Shown here piece by piece: positions 23,781-31,889 of a DNA stretch of 33,813 bases (position 1 is its first letter; every line of letters begins with the position of its first letter). Under the pieces are notes generated by a model, which had not been told where the DNA came from, did no database searches, and saw only the letters and a list, made by a program, of their open reading frames with translations. The DNA is from Alphaproteobacteria bacterium (GTDB lineage Bacteria; Pseudomonadota; Alphaproteobacteria; Holosporales; JBOFFI01): positions 1 through 33,813 of the forward strand of contig JBOFKH010000134.1 of assembly GCA_051657225.1 (NCBI GenBank), read 5' to 3'. A program made the position numbers and the translations under genes.

Positions 23781-24104
23781 ATGCCAGACACACGGCACAG
23801 CGACATACTAAAGCGTCGTCATAAAATCGACCAACAGCGCCGAGAAAAGCAACGTGAATTGATGGAGCAGTACGATAAAGAAGTTGCTCAGCCTGCTAGA
23901 GAAGCTTTGCAAGCTGAATGTGAAGCGATCGGGCATGTTTTCAGGTGGATATCAAATGATGTTTGTGGTTCGTTAAAATTTTGTCGATACTGCGACAAAG
24001 GAGAGTTCGAGCCTTGGAACGATGCAAATATCCAGGATGCACCAACTACAGCCGCAGTGGATGGTGCCGAACACACCGACATGCCGACCCAAAACGAAAG
24101 CTAG
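23781..24104 (+). CDS. Hypothetical coiled / Cys-containing protein
   Basis: 107 aa. GGAGAGGGA RBS. 'CGSLKFCRYC'. The 3' part overlaps the next ORF in another frame. Confidence 0.45.
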   Translation: MPDTRHSDILKRRHKIDQQRREKQRELMEQYDKEVAQPAREALQAECEAIGHVFRWISNDVCGSLKFCRYCDKGEFEPWNDANIQDAPTTAAVDGAEHTDMPTQNES

Positions 24105-24265
24105 CGGTGCATCGATATCGGGGAAAGGCTGTCCCTTGGGACGATCGCTACTGGGAATTAGCCTGGGTGCGCGATCGCTGGATCAAGACCATGCGGACGG
24201 ATTTGGCTCAATGGTGGATAGAAGAAGTGCCGTTTTATCTGCGGCAACGGGCAAAAAAGAAGTAG
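24014..24265 (+). CDS. Zinc-binding small protein (TTG start proposed; track ORF starts at 23963)
   Basis: 'CKYPGCTNYSRSGWCRTHRH' motif. AAGGAG lies 10 nt upstream of the TTG at 24014. Confidence 0.45.
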   Translation: MERCKYPGCTNYSRSGWCRTHRHADPKRKLAVHRYRGKAVPWDDRYWELAWVRDRWIKTMRTDLAQWWIEEVPFYLRQRAKKK

Positions 24266-24275
24266 AGGAAAACCA

Positions 24276-24599
24276 ATGTCTGAACGTAAAATTATCAAAG
24301 AAATCAGATTAGCAGGAAGCAAGCCAAACCCAAATAATCCAGAAGAATCTCCCTGGAAGTATGACGCTGTTTGTGTTATTCGATCGAATTGCTATGGCAG
24401 CAGCCTAAGTACATTTTTGGAATATTTGGCGATCGCTCAGGAAACTTACCCGACACTCCGCCCCGAGGATGTGCGTGTTGTTCATTTTGGTGGACAGCGC
24501 TATAAAAGAACATTTGGGATTGAGTTTAAGCCTCCAACGGGTGGGGGGTTTGTCCCCGATGGATGGGGGGAAATTGGTGAAGTTGAATTGACAATTTGA
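24276..24599 (+). CDS. Hypothetical protein (107 aa)
   Basis: Last ORF of the plus-strand operon. It ends 2 nt from the convergent Mu F-like gene. Confidence 0.5.
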   Translation: MSERKIIKEIRLAGSKPNPNNPEESPWKYDAVCVIRSNCYGSSLSTFLEYLAIAQETYPTLRPEDVRVVHFGGQRYKRTFGIEFKPPTGGGFVPDGWGEIGEVELTI

Positions 24600-24601
24600 C
24601 A

Positions 24602-25324
24602 CTACACCCACTCCTGTCCCTTGACAGGAGTCCAGACCCTGTTCCCTTTGTAATAGACCTTCCGGCACAGACAGGCCATCTTGCAGTCCCGATCGCCTCG
24701 TTTAGGGGGTGGAATCTTGCCAATCTCAACTTTCCCCATGGCAGCATACCGGAGACACCCTTCGCAATGTTCAGCCAAGGACAGGACATTTTTCTCCATG
24801 GTACAGCCAGCTTCGATCGCAGCTGCCTCTAATCCTGCCCAATAAGACGATCGCGCCGACTCACTATAGAGGGACGATCGGTACAAAATCTGAGCCTCAG
24901 ACTGTTTCCCTTTGGCAATGTCCAGGGCAAATTGTCTGAGGTATTTGTATTGCTTGGTCATCTCGCGCCCGACCGCCAGATAATCAGCGTCGGTCATCTT
25001 ATCGATGCCACCTTTGCCCACGATATAACTCTGGAGATGCTGGAGTTTAATATTCTGGGCAAAATCACGCTGGAATTTCTTGAGGTCTTTACCATCCAGG
25101 TATGTGTGCGCTATGCCCCTTAAATCGCCCCTCAAATCCTCGACATAGGATTTGGTGATATTCAGTATCGCTTGGCGTGGTGCGCGGCGTTTTGTGTCTT
25201 TCCAGCGGAACCAGTTGATTGAGCGATCGTGATAGAAGTCAGGATGCGCGGTGCCCCCTGCATCCTCTCGGAATATGGGGAGGATGAGGTCGGAGATATT
25301 TTGGGACAGGGTTGCAGTGGGCAT
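24602..25324 (-). CDS. Head morphogenesis / minor capsid protein (Mu F / SPP1 gp7-like)
   Basis: 240 aa from 'MPTATLSQN', with a TAATG overlap at 25324. The C-terminal 'EHCEGCLRYAAMGKVEIGKIPPPKRGDRDCKMACLCRKVY' resembles the Mu F-type C-terminal metal/Cys motif. Confidence 0.45.
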   Translation of the reverse strand: MPTATLSQNISDLILPIFREDAGGTAHPDFYHDRSINWFRWKDTKRRAPRQAILNITKSYVEDLRGDLRGIAHTYLDGKDLKKFQRDFAQNIKLQHLQSYIVGKGGIDKMTDADYLAVGREMTKQYKYLRQFALDIAKGKQSEAQILYRSSLYSESARSSYWAGLEAAAIEAGCTMEKNVLSLAEHCEGCLRYAAMGKVEIGKIPPPKRGDRDCKMACLCRKVYYKGNRVWTPVKGQEWV

Positions 25325-25557
25325 TATTGCGATCGCACCTTCAGCACATACCGGTACGCATTCTCGTAGCAATCCTGGCACCAATCTCCACCCTCTCCAG
25401 CATACTCCGACCATCCCAAAATCGCTGAGTACGGATGTTCCACGCTCAGGACAGGTTCTTCGCAATCACACTGGCAGCAGGTTCCCGCCTGGACAGTGCT
25501 GTATGCATGGGAAAAGGAGCCTCGATCGCCCGGATCCGAAATCAAACTTTTGAGCAT
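25324..25557 (-). CDS. Cys-rich small protein
   Basis: 'CCQCDC...CQDCY'. The start is taken at 'MLKSLISD'. Confidence 0.4.
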   Translation of the reverse strand: MLKSLISDPGDRGSFSHAYSTVQAGTCCQCDCEEPVLSVEHPYSAILGWSEYAGEGGDWCQDCYENAYRYVLKVRSQ

Positions 25558-25898
25558 TCCACACCACCCACAACACTTAAGGGCTGCTGTCGCCAAAACA
25601 CAGTATTGATCTGCCCGATCGCCCCCTTAATCGCCAACTCCGGCTTATTTTGGAACAACCAATCATTCACTGAGCAGAATGCCTGCACAGTTGTTCCAGA
25701 TGACAATCGCTTATTGACCATGAAGGCATGGGTAAAGTCTTGCACGGACTCCCAGGATGACACTTCCAGATAGATACCTTCAGCACAGCATTCCTGGATG
25801 GCACGCTGAAGAACATCACGGCGCTCAAAATATCCCATCCGGCGCAACCGTCTGGGGGTGATTTTTAGTTTCTGAAAAAGGATTTTTAAGTCTGACAT
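25542..25898 (-). CDS. Hypothetical protein (118 aa)
   Basis: ORF at the head of this minus-strand gene string. Confidence 0.5.
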   Translation of the reverse strand: MSDLKILFQKLKITPRRLRRMGYFERRDVLQRAIQECCAEGIYLEVSSWESVQDFTHAFMVNKRLSSGTTVQAFCSVNDWLFQNKPELAIKGAIGQINTVFWRQQPLSVVGGVECSKV

Positions 25899-26383
25899 AG
25901 GATTATGGTTTTCTGCAATTCTATCACTCTGGTGCGACGAAATCCAGTGTTTATGAGGTGTATAGCATCTTTGGGGATGAGTATTTTGAGGACGATATTT
26001 CCGATCGCAGCTTTGTTTTTGAAAAGACTAGCCAGGGTAATTTGAATGGGGACAAGGGGCGATCGCACCCGCACCAAGATCCACACCCCTGGATAGAAAC
26101 CCGCTTTACATCAGGGACGAGCCCCCTAGTAAAGAAAGAATAGAGATAAAGCTTTAAAGAATACTAATCTGTCAAGATACTATACGCCCCATAAACAAAG
26201 GGTTTCAGACAGCATCAAAAACAAACCCCGAGTTATCCTTTACGACAATCGGGGGAAGTGTTATATTCGATTTTGTGATTTCTATGGCATCGCAATCAAT
26301 CAATATTTGCAGTATTGAAAGTTGCAGTTCAGATGCCGTTAGAGTCCCGTAAATGCTTTCAAACCGAGAACGGAACAATCTAA

Positions 26384-27292
26384 GTGTATCTATCCCCCAG
26401 TCAAAACGCAACCCCTAACCCCGAAAAACTGCGATCGCTCATTATTGAAATAGAGCAGATCTTTGAGGGTTACACAGGTTTAGACGGCGAATACCATAGC
26501 CCCTGGACGAGAGACAGGCTTATTGGGATGATGTCCGTCGTTTCAAACATAATTGACGGGATAGCGCGTCAGAACAAGATTTATGATTCTCGGACAACCG
26601 AAAAATATTTAGGTTTTGGGGCACAAATTCGAGAAAAAATCACGATCGCACGTCATAAAGTCAAGGCGGCAGTGTGTGGCGTGGCCAAGAAACTGCGGTT
26701 GGATCGTGAGAAGGGCGGCTCCGGTTGTGTCTCTGAACCTTTTGTAAGGAATTGTTTTGATTTCCTGGAAAGTCAGGGCTTGCTGACCAGGAAATGGCGG
26801 GATTACAAGGGACCGATCTATGACGAAGACGGGGGTATCCATTGGGACATTTGCGCAACATTCCAAGGCTGTAACGTTGCAGAACTGCTCTGCGTGTTTA
26901 AGGCTGCTTGGAACGTGTTTCATGCGCGGCAGCGGCGGATAGAGGATGATCTTATATCGACCGATCGCACCAAGCGGCATAATGCCCGGATAGCAAAACC
27001 GATGGCATTGCCAAGCCATTATTTTATGTCTGTCCAGAAGCTGTACGAGGCGACCTTTGGAGTGACACTGAACCAATCGATCGATAACTGGGTTGAGGAG
27101 CCTGGAGAGGATACTGGGGCTGTGGTTCATAGGGAAAGGTGCGATCGCCTCCATGCCAAACAACGCCAAATCTCAGCTCATATTGATCAACTTCTGAATA
27201 TTGGCGCAGAAGTTGCAGATGCGCTCTGGGATGAACTTCGCAGGATCGATCTATCCATCAAAGGGAGTTTTGTTGTGGAAAATATAGCGTAA
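26384..27292 (+). CDS. Hypothetical protein with winged-helix-like segment (GTG start; may start later)
   Basis: 302 aa. '[23 protein letters not shown]' is wHTH-like. There is no ATG before codon 49. Confidence 0.5.
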   Translation: MYLSPSQNATPNPEKLRSLIIEIEQIFEGYTGLDGEYHSPWTRDRLIGMMSVVSNIIDGIARQNKIYDSRTTEKYLGFGAQIREKITIARHKVKAAVCGVAKKLRLDREKGGSGCVSEPFVRNCFDFLESQGLLTRKWRDYKGPIYDEDGGIHWDICATFQGCNVAELLCVFKAAWNVFHARQRRIEDDLISTDRTKRHNARIAKPMALPSHYFMSVQKLYEATFGVTLNQSIDNWVEEPGEDTGAVVHRERCDRLHAKQRQISAHIDQLLNIGAEVADALWDELRRIDLSIKGSFVVENIA

Positions 27293-27339
27293 AATATATT
27301 TCTGTGATATTGTTGTGAATGTTGATAGGAGGAGCGATC

Positions 27340-27921
27340 GTGGACAAATTAGAAATTAAAAAAATCGTTGAGCAGAGTCGTCTTTTCCAAGTTACTGGCG
27401 GGACAGAAGGAGCGATCGCTGACCTGAGTGAGGCTAACCTGCGTGGGGCTGACCTGAGTGAGGCTAACCTGCGTGGGGCTAACCTGCGTGAGGCTAACCT
27501 GCGTGGGGCTGACCTGAGTGGGGCTGACCTGAGTGAGGCTGACCTGAGTGGGGCTGACCTGAGTGGGGCTGACCTGAGTGGGGCTGACCTGAGTGGGGCA
27601 ATCGGATGGCAAGGCACAGAATGGGCGCGTCAAGCCAAGCAACAGCTTCGATATATTTTGTTCTATTGTCGTCCAGAGATCCCTGGGTTGATTTCAAAAA
27701 TAAAAGCTGGGCAAATAGACGGGACTCAATACGAGGGAGAATGTGTTTGCTTGATTGGATCTCTCGGGAACGATGAAGCCGTGGAGCACATTCCTGATTA
27801 TGCAAAAGGGTTGCATAATCATTCAGAGCAGCTGTTTTGGCAAATAAAAGAAGGGGATACATCCGAAAATTCTGAGTTTGCCAAAATGGCTTTGGAAATT
27901 TGCCAAGAATTTTGCAAATAA
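27340..27921 (+). CDS. Pentapeptide-repeat protein with Cys-containing C-terminal domain
   Basis: The GTG at 27340 has AGGAGG 7 nt upstream (the track ORF starts at the ATG at 27319). Twelve A(D/N)L(S/R)(G/E) pentapeptides are followed by '...[18 protein letters not shown]...'. Confidence 0.8.
   Translation: MDKLEIKKIVEQSRLFQVTGGTEGAIADLSEANLRGADLSEANLRGANLREANLRGADLSGADLSEADLSGADLSGADLSGADLSGAIGWQGTEWARQAKQQLRYILFYCRPEIPGLISKIKAGQIDGTQYEGECVCLIGSLGNDEAVEHIPDYAKGLHNHSEQLFWQIKEGDTSENSEFAKMALEICQEFCK
27421..27600 (+). repeat. 12 tandem 15-bp units (gacctgagtg[a/g]ggct / aacctgcgtg[a/g]ggct)
   Basis: Read directly. The units differ at no more than 4 of 15 positions and are in phase over 180 bp. 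Confidence 0.95.
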
Positions 27922-28016
27922 AGAAGAAGGAGCGATCGCAATGATTAATGACCAAGACATCCGAAAGTACATCCGGGATAAATATCCAGATTTTCCATTC
28001 TCAGGAGCCAGGAAAG

Positions 28017-30554
28017 CTAATCCTCCCCAGTCCCCCAATCAACGAGAGGATCGATCGCATCCAGTGGCAGATCATCCAACATCTGAGCATAATCCTGCTC
28101 ACTGAGCACATCATCCTCAGCATCCGATCGCGGCAGGTCTGGAATATCCCCCGTAACTGGAGTCTTCACCATCCAGGGCTGGGGTTGATAACTGGGAATC
28201 ATCTCCATGGGAATCTCCTCGATGCCCCCAAAGTGCTCAGGGGTCATAATGGCCTGGTAAAGTTTAGCAATTTCCTCAGGGGTACGATCGCAGCCTACAA
28301 AGAATTTCACTTCATCAAATTCACCAGTCTTGCGATCGAGTTGAGTGATAGCAAACACCCGACGCGACGATAGGTCTGGCCCCACATAGACATCGATGTT
28401 CATCGCATCGTGTTCAGAGATGATGCCCAGGAACTCCCCATATCCAACGGGGAGGATTTTCCCATGGCGTTCATCCATGGGTTGGTATTGGAGGCCAATC
28501 TGGTAATTGTGGAATGCGATCGCTTTTTTGATAGGGGTGTCGTCGTCGGCACGCGGAGCTTCTTCCGAATCAACAACGATCGGATCTTTAATGCTTACAT
28601 TATCAGGTGAGGGAATGCTTGCACTGTCTAACTGTTCGATCTCCTTCACCATCTGTTCAACCCAGACTTGCCCCGCTGCCCCCCCACGGCATAGATAGGC
28701 AATGAATTCATAGGATGGATGCTTAGGATTATCCCCATCCGGCGGAATCCTCATCAGGTCATTCTGCTGCTTGATGAAAAATACAGCATTGCGCGGGATT
28801 TGTTGCCCATAGGCCATGTGTCGGGCAAAGAACACCGACTGCATGATATTGGGTTTCCCAGGGGAGCCATATTGCTTGAAGAGGTCGAGTCCTTTCCGGG
28901 CGATCGCCTGCACCTGTAATGGAGGCCAGAACCCTTCTGTTTTAGGAGTAAACGGATCATCCGAGTCCGTCACCTCTTTAGCTCCTGGCAATGCCTTCTT
29001 AGGTTGCTGCCCTGGCAGAGCCCTTTGTTTTGGTTGTCCAGGGAGTAAAGGCTGCTCCATTCCCGGCAATAATCCCATCTGGATTGCTAATTTATCCGCC
29101 TCCGCCTGTTGCTTCTCCTGTTCCGCCTTAAGCTTCTCGCGTTCCTTCCAATTGATCGTAATCTCAGGGTTATACTCTGACCCCGAGTAATGGGACTTGG
29201 CCGCTTCCTCTCCGGTGTAGGCTCCGATCGAAGAATTGATCTGGTCGATTTGCGATCGCATTAATTCCAGCTCAGCCTGCTCAACCGGCGTAACCGGATA
29301 AAGCTCCTGCCATTTCCATTCCCATTTGTCCGGCTCTTTTCCCTGGGTTGGCCCATCCTTGCAGGCAAAGACCAGCTTGAGGAAATCGTACATATTGGAA
29401 TCTAGCTTAGATTCCTGGTACATCCGGGTGCGGTTATTTGCATTCTCCTGTTCAACCTTATCTGTAGCAGAAAGCCCTTTGGACATCTCATTGAATAGTT
29501 CTGACTTAGTGAGATCAGTATTGGCCTGGAGGTCAAGGACGAGGCGATCGAGCAATGAATCATACCCACTTACATTCCGGGTGCTGTGGACGATATCCTC
29601 ATCCTCAAGGTCAATAAGCATCGATCGCCAGATAGAGCGGCAGATATTGTTGATCTGCGCGCGTTCCATCATCTTTTGTTGATATTGTCCTGACGGATCG
29701 TTATCTATTCTGGCAAGTAGTCCCGAAACCTTGTGCACAACCACGTCAAAATCAACAATCATCCGCCCTGCACCACGGATGGCCTGGAAATATTCCTGGA
29801 ATGATTGCTGAATCCCCTGGAGCACTGAGTCATCGCAGCCTTCGTTTTCTAGAAGAGTGCGATCGCTCAACTCCTCACCCCGAAACCAGAGAACCCGCGA
29901 TCGATGGATGCGAATCCGTCCTAAATCTCCACCGCGCAACTGGATGATTTTGTTAAACCGGGAATCATTGAGCCAGAAATACTCAGCCATTTCCAGGTTG
30001 GCATAGATGCCACTGATGTCCGGTTGGATTGACCAGCGATCGGCTAGAAATAACCCCTCAATAGACCTGAGATTATTGGAGTTGATAGGGCGATCGAAAT
30101 TCTGCCCATCCTTGGCCAGGATAACAAGTGCTGCATTCCCGGTCTGGAAAGCCATTTTAATGGCCTGATTAAACGCCCGCTTCAATCCCTTGTATCGATT
30201 CACCAGGGATTTTGTGTTGAGGTTATCCAGCCAGGTATGCACATCATTGATGATGTCGGGGGCACCATCATCCCCGCCGAGAGTGAGGTTGCCCCAGCGG
30301 TAAGTCATCTGGTTGGGGATAGTCTCGATGATTTTGCGGATGAATTTATGACTCCGCATCAATCGGTCTTGTTGCCCGCGATCGAGGGGTATCACTCCCG
30401 TCCCCATATCCGCGTGCCGGGATGGGTCGTACATGGGCATTCCCATCCCCGTGGCATAGTTCATTGCCCCGATTGTTCCACCTGCCGCCAGAGTTCTCAA
30501 TGCAGCTAAATCATCGGTGCGGGTGGTATTGGAGGGGAGAATCAGGTCTGTCAT
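28017..30554 (-). CDS. Phage portal protein fused to two C-terminal accessory domains
   Basis: 845 aa. The N-terminal roughly 480 aa look portal-like (DUF1073-type, 'DRWSIQPD...IRIHRSRVLWFRGEEL'). A Pro/Gln linker follows. Next comes an 'ARKGLDLFKQYG...FFARH...YLCRGGAAGQVW' domain. Last is a pyrophosphatase-like 'YGEFLGIISEHDAMNIDVYVGPD...FAITQLDRKTGEFDEVKFFVGC' domain. Confidence 0.75.
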   Translation of the reverse strand: MTDLILPSNTTRTDDLAALRTLAAGGTIGAMNYATGMGMPMYDPSRHADMGTGVIPLDRGQQDRLMRSHKFIRKIIETIPNQMTYRWGNLTLGGDDGAPDIINDVHTWLDNLNTKSLVNRYKGLKRAFNQAIKMAFQTGNAALVILAKDGQNFDRPINSNNLRSIEGLFLADRWSIQPDISGIYANLEMAEYFWLNDSRFNKIIQLRGGDLGRIRIHRSRVLWFRGEELSDRTLLENEGCDDSVLQGIQQSFQEYFQAIRGAGRMIVDFDVVVHKVSGLLARIDNDPSGQYQQKMMERAQINNICRSIWRSMLIDLEDEDIVHSTRNVSGYDSLLDRLVLDLQANTDLTKSELFNEMSKGLSATDKVEQENANNRTRMYQESKLDSNMYDFLKLVFACKDGPTQGKEPDKWEWKWQELYPVTPVEQAELELMRSQIDQINSSIGAYTGEEAAKSHYSGSEYNPEITINWKEREKLKAEQEKQQAEADKLAIQMGLLPGMEQPLLPGQPKQRALPGQQPKKALPGAKEVTDSDDPFTPKTEGFWPPLQVQAIARKGLDLFKQYGSPGKPNIMQSVFFARHMAYGQQIPRNAVFFIKQQNDLMRIPPDGDNPKHPSYEFIAYLCRGGAAGQVWVEQMVKEIEQLDSASIPSPDNVSIKDPIVVDSEEAPRADDDTPIKKAIAFHNYQIGLQYQPMDERHGKILPVGYGEFLGIISEHDAMNIDVYVGPDLSSRRVFAITQLDRKTGEFDEVKFFVGCDRTPEEIAKLYQAIMTPEHFGGIEEIPMEMIPSYQPQPWMVKTPVTGDIPDLPRSDAEDDVLSEQDYAQMLDDLPLDAIDPLVDWGTGED

Positions 30555-30674
30555 TTGGCGATCGCAGGTGACGTGCCCCGATTATACGGTTAAAATCTAG
30601 TGGATTGTCATTTTTGGTAATTGAGCGATCGCGTCTTAATAGGCTTCGCACACTAATACGCCGGAGTTACAGGT

Positions 30675-31088
30675 ATGTCAACGAAAGAAATCCAAACAAA
30701 TCACAGGACAGTCACTGACCACAAGATTGGAGGAATTGATAATTCCCTAGACGTTACAGTCTTGGATGAACCTGGGGCAGGCGGTGCGTGCCATGAGTAT
30801 GTTATTTCCTATCTCTCAGACCCCGATGAGCACGGCAATTGCTTTGGGATGCAATTATGCAAAATCAGTTTTCAGAATGGGCCAGTCAAGGAACATGGAG
30901 TCAATGGAATCACCCAGGAATCGCTAATCGCAATCTGCATTGATCGATTGCGCTGTTTTCAAGCAGGTGAATATGCTTGCGAGGACAATCAAGCCGCATT
31001 AATGAATTTAGAATTGGCCTTGGAATTGTTGCAGAAACGAACCCGCGATCGCCTATCCAGAGGGGTTGAAGGAACGTCTGCCCATTGA
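30675..31088 (+). CDS. Conserved phage protein of unknown function
   Basis: 137 aa. 'ISFQNGPVKEHGVNGITQESLIAICIDRLRCFQAGEYACEDNQAALMNLELALELLQKRTRDRLSRGVEGT' is a motif set I recognise from many phage hypothetical proteins. Confidence 0.6.
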   Translation: MSTKEIQTNHRTVTDHKIGGIDNSLDVTVLDEPGAGGACHEYVISYLSDPDEHGNCFGMQLCKISFQNGPVKEHGVNGITQESLIAICIDRLRCFQAGEYACEDNQAALMNLELALELLQKRTRDRLSRGVEGTSAH

Positions 31089-31125
31089 CATCCTCCCCGG
31101 CGTAAACGCACGGGGATTCTAAGAA

Positions 31126-31203
31126 TCACTTCCTAGACCTTTCTGCTTCTTCGCAACTGCCATCAGACTTATGTCTATCCGGTCTTACGTTCGCTCCAAG
31201 ACG
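31126..31203 (-). pseudogene. tnpB: tnpB 3'-terminal fragment
   Basis: The frame reads 'RLGANVRPDRHKSDGSCEEAERSRK*'. The stop at 31126-31128 lies 10 nt from the hairpin. 'TGAttcttaGAATCCCCGTGC' parallels copy 2 'TGAgtcctGAATCCCACGTGC'. Confidence 0.5.
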
Positions 31204-31237
31204 CTATAATATCAAGATAGCACTTTGGAGCTTTTTG

Positions 31238-31717
31238 ATGAAAAAAATTTACACAGCAAAAGGAGAGTCAATTGATGTTGACGATGATTTGTACGAAAGT
31301 CTTAATAAGTTTAAATGGCACATTCATCAAGGGTATGCGTGTCGATCTGCTAAAGTTGAAAATGGCAGCAGAAAAATCAGAATGCATAGAGAGGTTCTTG
31401 GCCTAGGCTGGGGGAAGCAAGGAAGTAACGCTAAAGTCGTTGACCATATTGACAGAAACAAGCTCAACAACACTAGGGAAAATCTCAGGATCGTCACTAA
31501 GCAAGAAAATGAATGGAACCGGCATGCATATTCAAGCAGCACAACAGGGTATCCTGGAGTGCGCTTTAGAAAAGATTCGCCTGATAACCCTTTTCAATCT
31601 GTTATCAAGGTTAACGGGGTTGATAAATGCTTAGGATCTTTCCCAAGTGCGGAGAAAGCATACATTGCCTATCTGGAAGCAAAGATTTTTTACCACTTGA
31701 AAAGATTGGTAAATTAA
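31238..31717 (+). CDS. HNH endonuclease with AP2 DNA-binding domain (free-standing homing endonuclease type)
   Basis: 159 aa. 'VDHIDRNKLNNTRENLRIVTKQEN' (HNH_3) is followed by 'YPGVRFRKDSPDNPFQSVIKVNGVDKCLGSFPSAEKAYIAY' (AP2). A GGAG RBS and TATAAT at 31205-31210 lie upstream. Confidence 0.85.
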   Translation: MKKIYTAKGESIDVDDDLYESLNKFKWHIHQGYACRSAKVENGSRKIRMHREVLGLGWGKQGSNAKVVDHIDRNKLNNTRENLRIVTKQENEWNRHAYSSSTTGYPGVRFRKDSPDNPFQSVIKVNGVDKCLGSFPSAEKAYIAYLEAKIFYHLKRLVN

Positions 31718-31800
31718 CGAGTGCAGCCCATCGTCCGTCTCAGCAAGGTTTCTTGCTCAGGCGTGGGATAGAAGCGGTACTTGAAAGATTTCTGCGTCAT
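31714..31800 (-). pseudogene. tnpB: tnpB 5'-terminal fragment (28 codons)
   Basis: Hand translation MTQKSFKYRFYPTPEQETLLRRTMGCTR* is the canonical TnpB N-terminus. It is preceded by 'gctataatgtgagac', as in copy 3. Confidence 0.65.
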
Positions 31801-31889
31801 GTCTCACATTATAGCACTTATTTTGTGAGTCGCGTTTATTTCGATGTAAAGCCGTCCTAAAAGGACGGGGTTTCCACCCACAATTTCCG

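Larger units (their letters stand above)
31090..31885 (-). mobile_element. Decayed IS200/IS605-family element whose tnpB body is replaced by an HNH-AP2 gene
   Basis: Contains an RE-like bulged hairpin (31095-31115), a tnpB 3' tail, a tnpB 5' fragment and an LE-like hairpin (31852-31868, followed by 'ggtttcc'). See the finding for details. Confidence 0.6.

Noticed and set aside
26205-26411. 68-aa minus-strand ORF overlapping the start of the 302-aa gene.
   Set aside because: It begins with TTG only, has no internal ATG or RBS, and has no motif. It is kept only as a caveat on the start of the 26384 gene.
27421-27600. Possible CRISPR array or other spacer-repeat structure.
   Set aside because: The units are contiguous 15-mers with no spacers, they are in frame inside a CDS, and no cas genes are present. 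No other CRISPR-like periodicity was seen in the window.
27258-27955. Three overlapping minus-strand ORFs (119, 97 and 153 aa) with striking repeats ('LRSAP...', 'PTQVS...', 'HSGQP...').
   Set aside because: They are reverse-frame readings of the 15-bp tandem repeat of the pentapeptide-repeat gene. The plus-strand frame gives the canonical A(D/N)LxG pentapeptide and has a strong RBS.
27941-28105. 54-aa plus-strand ORF 'MINDQDIRKYIRDKYPDFPF...' with an excellent GAAGGAG RBS.
   Set aside because: Its last 89 nt are antisense to the portal 3' end, and that part translates to low-complexity sequence. It may be a real short gene or a leftover RBS, but the evidence is insufficient to annotate it.
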